Assembly: GCA_964016885.1 (NCBI GenBank)
Contig: OZ024758.1
Span: 36,146,001 to 36,210,000, forward strand
DNA from: Eledone cirrhosa
Lineage: Eukaryota
DNA length: 64,000 bases
Reading direction: 5' to 3'
This document shows, one piece after another, positions 26,601 to 37,900 of the stretch (position 1 is its first letter; every line of letters begins with the position of its first letter). The notes beneath the pieces are model-generated. The model saw nothing but the letters and a program-made list of their open reading frames with translations. It was not told the origin of the DNA and ran no database searches. The translations under genes were made by a program, and so were the position numbers.

Positions 26601-28909
26601 TTAGCTGTCAGAAGTCACTCCACTGTTGGTGAGAATTCATTTAAGTTCATGGTACTAGCTGTCAGAAGTAACCCAAATGTTGGTGAGAATTCATTTAAGT
26701 TCATGGTATTAGCTGTCAGAAGTCACTCCAATGTTGGTGAGAATTCATTTAAGTTCATGGTATTAGCTGTCAGAAGTAACTCCACTGTTGGTGAGAATTC
26801 ATTTAAGTTCATGGTATTAGCTGTCAGAAGTAACTCCACTGTTGGTGAGAATTCATTTAAGTTCATGGTATTAGCTGTCAGAAGTAACTCCACTGTTGGT
26901 GAGAATTCATTTAAGTTCATGGTATTAGCTGTCAGAAGGAACTCCAATGTTGGTGAGAATTCATTTAAGTCATGGTACTAGCTGTCAGAAGTAACTCCAC
27001 TGTTGGTGAGAATTCATTTAAGTTCATGGTATTAGCTGTCAGAAGGAACGCCACTGTTGGTGAGAATTCATTTAAGTTCATGGTATTAGCTGTCAGAAGT
27101 AACTCCTCTGTTGGTGAGAATTCATTTAAGTTCATGGTACTAGCTGTCAGAAGTAACTCCAATGTTGGTGAGAATTCATTAAGTTCATGGTATTAGCTGT
27201 CAGAAGGAACTCCAATGTTGGTGAGAATTCATTTAAGTTCATGGTATTAGCTGTCAGAAGTCACTCCACTGTTGGTGAGAATTCATTTAAGTTCATGGTA
27301 CTAGCTGTCAGAAGTAACCCCAATGTTGGTGAGAATTCATTTAAGTTCATGGTATTAGCTGTCAGAAGTCACTCCAATGTTGGTGAGAATTCATTTAAGT
27401 TCATGGTATTAGCTGTCAGAAGTAACTCCACTGTTGGTGAGAATTCATTTAAGTTCATGGTATTAGTTTGTCAGAAGTAACTCCACTGTTGGTGAGAATT
27501 CATTTAAGTCATGGTATTAGTTGTCAGAAGTAACTCCAATGTTGGTGAGAATTCATTTAAGTTCATGGTATTAGCTGTCAGAAGGAACTCCACTGTTGGT
27601 GAGAATTCATTTAAGTTCATGGTATTAGCTGTCAGAAGTAACTCCACCGTTGGTGAGAATTCATTTAAGTCATGGTATTAGCTGTCAGAAGTAACTCCAT
27701 TGTTGGTGAGAATTCATTTAAGTCATGGTACTAGCTGTCAGAAGTAACTCCAATGTTGGTGAGAATTCATTTAAGTCATGGTACTAGCTGTCAGAAGTAA
27801 CTCCAATGTTGGTGAGAATTCATTTAAGTTCATGTTATTAGCTGTCAGAAGGAACTCCACTGTTGGTGAGAATACATTTAAGTTCATGGTACTAGCTGTC
27901 AGAAGTAACCCCAATGTTGGTGAGAATTCATTTAAGTTCATGGTATTAGCTGTCAGAAGTCACTCCAATGTTGGTGAGAATTCATTTAAGTTCATGGTAT
28001 TAGCTGTCAGAAGTAACTCCACTGTTGGTGAGAATTCAATTAAGTTCATGGTATTAGCTGTCAGAAGTAACTCCACTGTTGGTGAGAATTCATTTAAGTT
28101 CATGGTATTAGCTGTCAGAAGTAACTCCACTGTTGGTGAGAATTCATTTAAGTTCATGGTATTAGCTGTCAGAAGGAACTCCAATGTTGGTGAGAATTCA
28201 TTTAAGTCATGGTACTAGCTGTCAGAAGTAACTCCACTGTTGGTGAGAATTCATTTAAGTTCATGGTATTAGCTGTCAGAAGGAACGCCACTGTTGGTGA
28301 GAATTCATTTAAGTTCATGGTATTAGCTGTCAGAAGTAACTCCACTGTTGGTGAGAATTCATTTAAGTGCATGGTACTAGCTGTCAGAAGTAACTCCAAT
28401 GTTGGTGAGAATTCATTTAAGTTCATGGTATTAGCTGTCAGAAGGAACTCCACTGTTGCTGAGAATTCATTTAAGTTCATGGTATTAGCTGTCAGAAGTA
28501 ACTCCACTGTTGGTGAGAATTCATTTAAGTTCATGGTATTAGCTGTCAGAAGTAACTCCACTGTTGGTGAGAATTCATTTAAGTTCATGGTATTAGCTGT
28601 CAGAAGTAACTCCACTGTTGGTGAGAATTCATTTAAGTTCATGGTATTAGCTGTCAGAAGGAACTCCAATGTTGGTGAGAATTCATTTAAGTCATGGTAC
28701 TAGCTGTCAGAAGTAACTCCACTGTTGGTGAGAATTCATTTAAGTTCATGGTATTAGCTGTCAGAAGGAACGCCACTGTTGGTGAGAATTCATTTAAGTT
28801 CATGGTATTAGCTGTCAGAAGTAACTCCACTGTTGGTGAGAATTCATTTAAGTTCATGGTACTAGCTGTCAGAAGTAACTCCAATGTTGGTCAGAATTCA
28901 TTTAAGTTC

Positions 28910-31900
28910 ATGGTATTAGCTGTCAGAAGGAACTCCACTGTTGCTGAGAATTCATTTAAGTTCATGGTATTAGCTGTCAGAAGTCACTCCAATGTTGGTG
29001 AGAATTCATTTAAGTTCATGGTACTAGCTGTCAGAAGTAACTCCACTGTTGGTGAGAATTCATTTAAGTTCATGGTACTAGCTGTCAGAAGTCACTCCAA
29101 TGTTGGTGAGAATTCATTTAAGTTCATGGTACTAGCTGTCAGAAGGAACTCCACTGTTGCTGAGAATTCATTTAAGTTCATGGTATTAGCTGTCAGAAGT
29201 CACTCCAATGTTGGTGAGAATTCATTTAAGTTCATGGTACTAGCTGTCAGAAGTAACTCCACTGTTGGTGAGAATTCATTTAAGTTCATGGTATTAGCTG
29301 TCAGAAGTCACTCCAATGTTGGTGAGAATTCATTTAAGTTCATGGTATTAGCTGTCAGAAGTAACTCCACTGTTGGTGAGAATTCATTTAAGTTCATGGT
29401 ATTAGCTGTCAGAAGTCACTCGACTGTTGGTGAGAATTCATTTAAGTTCATGGTACTAGCTGTCAGAAGTCACTCCACTGTTGGTGAGAATTCATTTAAG
29501 TTCATGGTACTAGCTGTCAGAAGTAACTCCACTGTTGGTGAGAATTCATTTAAGTTCATGGTACTAGCTGTCAGAAGTAACTCCACTGTTGGTGAGAATT
29601 CATTTAAGTTCATGGTACTAGCTGTCAGAAGTAACCCCAATGTTGGTGAGAATTCATTTAAGTTCATGGTATTAGCTGTCAGAAGTCACTCCACTGTTGG
29701 TGAGAATTCATTTAAGTTCATGGTACTAGCTGTCAGAAGTAACTCCACTGTTGGTGAGAATTCATTTAAGTTCATGGTACTAGCTGTCAGAAGTCACTCC
29801 ACTGTTGGTGAGAATTCATTTAAGTTCATGGTACTAGCTGTCAGAAGTAACTCCACTGTTGGTGAGAATTCATTTAAGTTCATGGTACTAGCTGTCAGAA
29901 GTAACTCCACTGTTGGTGAGAATTCATTTAAGTTCATGGTATTAGCTGTCAGAAGTAACTCCACTGTTGGTGAGAATTCATTTAAGTTCATGGTATTAGC
30001 TGTCAGAAGTAACTCGACTGTTGGTGAGAATTCATTTAAGTCATGGTATTAGCTGTCAGAAGTCACTCCACTGTTGGTGAGAATTCATTTAAGTTCATGG
30101 TACTAGCTGTCAGAAGTAACCCCAATGTTGGTGAGAATTCATTTAAGTTCATGGTATTAGCTGTCAGAAGTCACTCCAATGTTGGTGAGAATTCATTTAA
30201 GTTCATGGTATTAGCTGTCAGAAGTAACTCCACTGTTGGTGAGAATTCATTTAAGTTCATGGTATTAGCTGTCAGAAGTAACTCCACTGTTGGTGAGAAT
30301 TCATTTAAGTTCATGGTATTAGCTGTCAGAAGTAACTCCACTGTTGGTGAGAATTCATTTAAGTTCATGGTATTAGCTGTTAGAAGGATCTCCAATGTTG
30401 GTGAGAATTCATTTAAGTCATGGTACTGGCTGTCAGAAGTAACTCCACTGTTGGTGAGAATTCATTTAAGTTCATGGTATTAGCTGTCAGAAGGAACGCC
30501 ACTGTTGGTGAGAATTCATTTAAGTTCATGGTATTAGCTGTCAGAAGTAACTCCACTGTTGGTGAGAATTCATTTAAGTTCATGGTACTAGCTGTCAGAA
30601 GTAACTCCAATGTTGGTGAGAATTCATTTAAGTTCATGGTATTAGCTGTCAGAACGAACTCCACTGTTGCTGAGAATTCATTTAAGTTCATGGTATTAGC
30701 TGTCAGAAGTAACTCCACTGTTGGTGAGAATTCATTTATGTTCATGGTACTAGCTGTCAGAAGTAACTCCACTGTTGGTGAGAATTCATTTAAGTTCATG
30801 GTATTAGCTGTCAGAAGTCACTCCAATGTTGGTGAGAATTCATTTAAGTTCATGGTATTAGCAGTCAGAAGTCACTCCACTGTTGGTGAGAATTCATTTA
30901 AGTTCATGGTACTAGCTGTCAGAAGTAACCCCAATGTTGGTGAGAATTCATTTAAGTTCATGGTATTAGCTGTCAGAAGGAACTCCACGGTTGGTGAGAA
31001 TTCATTTAAGTTCATGGTATTAGCTGTCAGAAGTAACTCCACTGTTGGTGAGAATTCATTTAAGTCATGGTATTAGCTGTCAGAAGTAACTCCATTGTTG
31101 GTGAGAATTCATTTAAGTCATGGTACTAGCTGTCAGAAGTAACTCCAATGTTGGTGAGAATTCATTTAAGTCATGGTACTAGCTGTCAGAAGTAACTCCA
31201 ATGTTGGTGAGAATTCATTTAAGTTCATGTTATTAGCTGTCAGAAGGAACTCCACTGTTGGTGAGAATACATTTAAGTTCATGGTACTAGCTGTCAGAAG
31301 TAACTCCACTGTTGGTGAGAATTCATTTAAGTTCATGGTACTAGCTGTCAGAAGTAACTCCAATGTTGGTCAGAATTCATTTAAGTTCATGGTATTAGCT
31401 GTCAGAAGGAACTCCACTGTTGCTGAGAATTCATTTAAGTTCATGGTATTAGCTGTCAGAAGTAACTCCACTGTTGGTGAGAATTCATTTAAGTTCATGG
31501 TACTAGCTGTCAGAAGTAACTCCACTGTTGGTGAGAATTCATTTAAGTTCATGGTATTAGCTGTCAGAAGTCACTCCAACGTTGGTGAGAATTCATTTAA
31601 GTTCATGGTATTAGCTGTCAGAAGTCACTCCACTGTTGGTGAGAATTCATTTAAGTTCATGGTACTAGCTGTCAGAAGTAACCCCAATGTTGGTGAGAAT
31701 TCATTTAAGTTCATGGTATTAGCTGTCAGAAGTCACTCCAATGTTGGTGAGAATTCATTTAAGTTCATGGTATTAGCTGTCAGAAGTAACTCCACTGTTG
31801 GTGAGAATTCATTTAAGTTCATGGTATTAGCTGTCAGAAGTAACTCCACTGTTGGTGAGAATTCATTTAAGTTCATGGTATTAGCTGTCAGAAGTAACTC

Positions 31901-34900
31901 CACTGTTGGTGAGAATTCATTTAAGTTCATGGTATTAGCTGTCAGAAGGAACTCCAATGTTGGTGAGAATTCATTTAAGTCATGGTACTAGCTGTCAGAA
32001 GTAACTCCACTGTTGGTGAGAATTCATTTAAGTTCATGGTATTAGCTGTCAGAAGGAACGCCACTGTTGGTGAGAATTCATTTAAGTTCATGGTATTAGC
32101 TGTCAGAAGTAACTCCACTGTTGGTGAGAATTCATTTAAGTTCATGGTACTAGCTGTCAGAAGTAACTCCAATGTTGGTGAGAATTCATTTAAGTTCATG
32201 GTATTAGCTGTCAGAATGAACTCCACTGTTGCTGAGAATTCATTTAAGTTCATGGTATTAGCTGTCAGAAGTAACTCCACTGTTGGTGAGAATTCATTTA
32301 AGTTCATGGTACTAGCTGTCAGAAGTAACTCCACTGTTGGTGAGAATTCATTTAAGTTCATGGTATTAGCTGTCAGAAGTCACTCCAATGTTGGTGAGAA
32401 TTCATTTAAGTTCATGGTATTAGCAGTCAGAAGTCAGTCCACTGTTGGTGAGAATTCATTTAAGTTCATGGTACTAGCTGTCAGAAGTAACCCCAATGTT
32501 GGTGAGAATTCATTTAAGTTCATGGTATTAGCTGTCAGAAGTCACTCCAATGTTGGTGAGAATTCATTTAAGTCCATGGTATTAGCTGTCAGAAGTAACT
32601 CCACTGTTGGTGAGAATTCATTTAAGTTCATGGTATTAGTTTGTCAGAAGTAACTCCACTGTTGGTGAGAATTCATTTAAGTCATGGTATTAGTTGTCAG
32701 AAGTAACTCCAATGTTGGTGAGAATTCATTTAAGTTCATGGTATTAGCTGTCAGAAGGAACTCCACTGTTGGTGAGAATTCATTTAAGTTCATGGTATTA
32801 GCTGTCAGAAGGAACTCCAATGTTGGTGAGAATTCATTTAAGTCATGGTACTAGCTGTCAGAAGTAACTCCACTGTTGGTGAGAATTCATTTAAGTTCAT
32901 GGTATTAGCTGTCAGAAGGAACGCCACTGTTGGTGAGAATTCATTTAAGTTCATGGTATTAGCTGTCAGAAGTAACTCCACTGTTGGTGAGAATTCATTT
33001 AAGTTCATGGTACTAGCTGTCAGAAGTAACTCCAATGTTGGTGAGAATTCATTTAAGTTCATGGTATTAGCTGTCAGAAGGAACTCCACTGTTGGTGAGA
33101 ATTCATTTAAGTTCATGGTATTAGCTGTCAGAAGTAACTCCACTGTTGGTGAGAATTCATTTAAGTCATGGTATTAGCTGTCAGAAGTAACTCCATTGTT
33201 GGTGAGAATTCATTTAAGTCATGGTACTAGCTGTCAGAAGTAACTCCAATGTTGGTGAGAATTCATTTAAGTCATGGTACTAGCTGTCAGAAGTAACTCC
33301 AATGTTGGTGAGAATTCATTTAAGTTCATGTTATTAGCTGTCAGAAGGAACTCCACTGTTGGTGAGAATTCATTTAAGTTCATGGTATTAGCTGTCAGAA
33401 GTAACTCCACTGTTGGTGAGAATTCATTTAAGTTCATGGTATTAGCTGTCAGAAGGAACGCCACTGTTGGTGAGAATTCATTTAAGTTCATGGTATTAGC
33501 TGTCAGAAGTAACTCCACTGTTGGTGAGAATTCATTTAAGTTCATGGTATTAGCTGTCAGAAGTAACTCCACTGTTGGTGAGAATTCATTTAAGTTCATG
33601 GTATTAGCTGTCAGAAGGAACGCCACTGTTGGTGAGAATTCATTTAAATTCATGGTATTAGCTGTCAGAAGTAACTCCACTGTTGGTGAGAATTCATTTA
33701 AGTTCATGGTACTAGCTGTCAGAAGTAACTCCAATGTTGGTGAGAATTCATTTAAGTTCATGGTATTAGCTGTCAGAAGGAATTCCACTGTTGCTGAGAA
33801 TTCATTTAAGTTCATGGTATTAGCTGTCAGAGGTAACTCCACTGTTGGTGAGAATTCATTTAAGTTCATGGTACTAGCTGTCAGAAGTAACTCCACTGTT
33901 GGTGAGAATTCATTTAAGTTCATGGTATTAGCTGTCAGAAGGAACTCCAATGTTGGTGAGAATTCATTTAAGTCATGGTACTAGCTGTCAGAAGTAACTC
34001 CACTGTTGGTGAGAATTCATTTAAGTTCATGGTATTAGCTGTCAGAAGGAACGCCACTGTTGGTGAGAATTCATTTAAGTTCATGGTATTAGCTGTCAGA
34101 AGTAACTCCACTGTTGGTGAGAATTCATTTAAGTTCATGGTATTAGCTGTCAGAAGGAACTCCACTGTTGCTGAGAATTCATTTAAGTTCATGGTATTAG
34201 CTGTCAGAAGTCACTCCAATGTTGGTGAGAATTCATTTAAGTTCATGGTACTAGCTGTCAGAAGTAACTCCACTGTTGGTGAGAATTCATTTAAGTTCAT
34301 GGTACTAGCTGTCAGAAGTCACTCCAATGTTGGTGAGAATTCATTTAAGTTCATGGTACTAGCTGTCAGAAGGAACTCCACTGTTGCTGAGAATTCATTT
34401 AAGTTCATGGTATTAGCTGTCAGAAGTCACTCCAATGTTGGTGAGAATTCATTTAAGTTCATGGTACTAGCTGTCAGAAGTAACTCCACTGTTGGTGAGA
34501 ATTCATTTAAGTTCATGGTATTAGCTGTCAGAAGTCACTCCAATGTTGGTGAGAATTCATTTAAGTTCATGGTATTAGCTGTCAGAAGTAACTCCACTGT
34601 TGGTGAGAATTCATTTAAGTTCATGGTATTAGCTGTCAGAAGTCACTCCACTGTTGGTGAGAATTCATTTAAGTTCATGGTACTAGCTGTCAGAAGTCAC
34701 TCCACTGTTGGTGAGAATTCATTTAAGTTCATGGTACTAGCTGTCAGAAGTAACTCCACTGTTGGTGAGAATTCATTTAAGTTCATGGTACTAGCTGTCA
34801 GAAGTAACTCCACTGTTGGTGAGAATTCATTTAAGTTCATGGTACTAGCTGTCAGAAGTAACCCCAATGTTGGTGAGAATTCATTTAAGTTCATGGTATT

Positions 34901-37900
34901 AGCTGTCAGAAGTCACTCCACTGTTGGTGAGAATTCATTTAAGTTCATGGTACTAGCTGTCAGAAGTAACTCCACTGTTGGTGAGAATTCATTTAAGTTC
35001 ATGGTACTAGCTGTCAGAAGTCACTCCACTGTTGGTGAGAATTCATTTAAGTTCATGGTACTAGCTGTCAGAAGTAACTCCACTGTTGGTGAGAATTCAT
35101 TTAAGTTCATGGTACTAGCTGTCAGAAGTAACTCCACTGTTGGTGAGAATTCATTTAAGTTCATGGTATTAGCTGTCAGAAGTAACTCCACTGTTGGTGA
35201 GAATTCATTTAAGTTCATGGTATTAGCTGTCAGAAGTAACTCGACTGTTGGTGAGAATTCATTTAAGTCATGGTATTAGCTGTCAGAAGTCACTCCACTG
35301 TTGGTGAGAATTCATTTAAGTTCATGGTACTAGCTGTCAGAAGTAACCCCAATGTTGGTGAGAATTCATTTAAGTTCATGGTATTAGCTGTCAGAAGTCA
35401 CTCCAATGTTGGTGAGAATTCATTTAAGTTCATGGTATTAGCTGTCAGAAGTAACTCCACTGTTGGTGAGAATTCATTTAAGTTCATGGTATTAGCTGTC
35501 AGAAGTAACTCCACTGTTGGTGAGAATTCATTTAAGTTCATGGTATTAGCTGTCAGAAGTAACTCCACTGTTGGTGAGAATTCATTTAAGTTCATGGTAT
35601 TAGCTGTTAGAAGGATCTCCAATGTTGGTGAGAATTCATTTAAGTCATGGTACTGGCTGTCAGAAGTAACTCCACTGTTGGTGAGAATTCATTTAAGTTC
35701 ATGGTATTAGCTGTCAGAAGGAACGCCACTGTTGGTGAGAATTCATTTAAGTTCATGGTATTAGCTGTCAGAAGTAACTCCACTGTTGGTGAGAATTCAT
35801 TTAAGTTCATGGTACTAGCTGTCAGAAGTAACTCCAATGTTGGTGAGAATTCATTTAAGTTCATGGTATTAGCTGTCAGAACGAACTCCACTGTTGCTGA
35901 GAATTCATTTAAGTTCATGGTATTAGCTGTCAGAAGTAACTCCACTGTTGGTGAGAATTCATTTATGTTCATGGTACTAGCTGTCAGAAGTAACTCCACT
36001 GTTGGTGAGAATTCATTTAAGTTCATGGTATTAGCTGTCAGAAGTCACTCCAATGTTGGTGAGAATTCATTTAAGTTCATGGTATTAGCAGTCAGAAGTC
36101 ACTCCACTGTTGGTGAGAATTCATTTAAGTTCATGGTACTAGCTGTCAGAAGTAACCCCAATGTTGGTGAGAATTCATTTAAGTTCATGGTATTAGCTGT
36201 CAGAAGGAACTCCACGGTTGGTGAGAATTCATTTAAGTTCATGGTATTAGCTGTCAGAAGTAACTCCACTGTTGGTGAGAATTCATTTAAGTCATGGTAT
36301 TAGCTGTCAGAAGTAACTCCATTGTTGGTGAGAATTCATTTAAGTCATGGTACTAGCTGTCAGAAGTAACTCCAATGTTGGTGAGAATTCATTTAAGTCA
36401 TGGTACTAGCTGTCAGAAGTAACTCCAATGTTGGTGAGAATTCATTTAAGTTCATGTTATTAGCTGTCAGAAGGAACTCCACTGTTGGTGAGAATACATT
36501 TAAGTTCATGGTACTAGCTGTCAGAAGTAACTCCACTGTTGGTGAGAATTCATTTAAGTTCATGGTACTAGCTGTCAGAAGTAACTCCAATGTTGGTCAG
36601 AATTCATTTAAGTTCATGGTATTAGCTGTCAGAAGGAACTCCACTGTTGCTGAGAATTCATTTAAGTTCATGGTATTAGCTGTCAGAAGTAACTCCACTG
36701 TTGGTGAGAATTCATTTAAGTTCATGGTACTAGCTGTCAGAAGTAACTCCACTGTTGGTGAGAATTCATTTAAGTTCATGGTATTAGCTGTCAGAAGTCA
36801 CTCCAACGTTGGTGAGAATTCATTTAAGTTCATGGTATTAGCTGTCAGAAGTCACTCCACTGTTGGTGAGAATTCATTTAAGTTCATGGTACTAGCTGTC
36901 AGAAGTAACCCCAATGTTGGTGAGAATTCATTTAAGTTCATGGTATTAGCTGTCAGAAGTCACTCCAATGTTGGTGAGAATTCATTTAAGTTCATGGTAT
37001 TAGCTGTCAGAAGTAACTCCACTGTTGGTGAGAATTCATTTAAGTTCATGGTATTAGCTGTCAGAAGTAACTCCACTGTTGGTGAGAATTCATTTAAGTT
37101 CATGGTATTAGCTGTCAGAAGTAACTCCACTGTTGGTGAGAATTCATTTAAGTTCATGGTATTAGCTGTCAGAAGGAACTCCAATGTTGGTGAGAATTCA
37201 TTTAAGTCATGGTACTAGCTGTCAGAAGTAACTCCACTGTTGGTGAGAATTCATTTAAGTTCATGGTATTAGCTGTCAGAAGGAACGCCACTGTTGGTGA
37301 GAATTCATTTAAGTTCATGGTATTAGCTGTCAGAAGTAACTCCACTGTTGGTGAGAATTCATTTAAGTTCATGGTACTAGCTGTCAGAAGTAACTCCAAT
37401 GTTGGTGAGAATTCATTTAAGTTCATGGTATTAGCTGTCAGAACGAACTCCACTGTTGCTGAGAATTCATTTAAGTTCATGGTATTAGCTGTCAGAAGTA
37501 ACTCCACTGTTGGTGAGAATTCATTTAAGTTCATGGTACTAGCTGTCAGAAGTAACTCCACTGTTGGTGAGAATTCATTTAAGTTCATGGTATTAGCTGT
37601 CAGAAGTCACTCCAATGTTGGTGAGAATTCATTTAAGTTCATGGTATTAGCAGTCAGAAGTCAGTCCACTGTTGGTGAGAATTCATTTAAGTTCATGGTA
37701 CTAGCTGTCAGAAGTAACCCCAATGTTGGTGAGAATTCATTTAAGTTCATGGTATTAGCTGTCAGAAGTCACTCCAATGTTGGTGAGAATTCATTTAAGT
37801 CCATGGTATTAGCTGTCAGAAGTAACTCCACTGTTGGTGAGAATTCATTTAAGTTCATGGTATTAGTTTGTCAGAAGTAACTCCACTGTTGGTGAGAATT

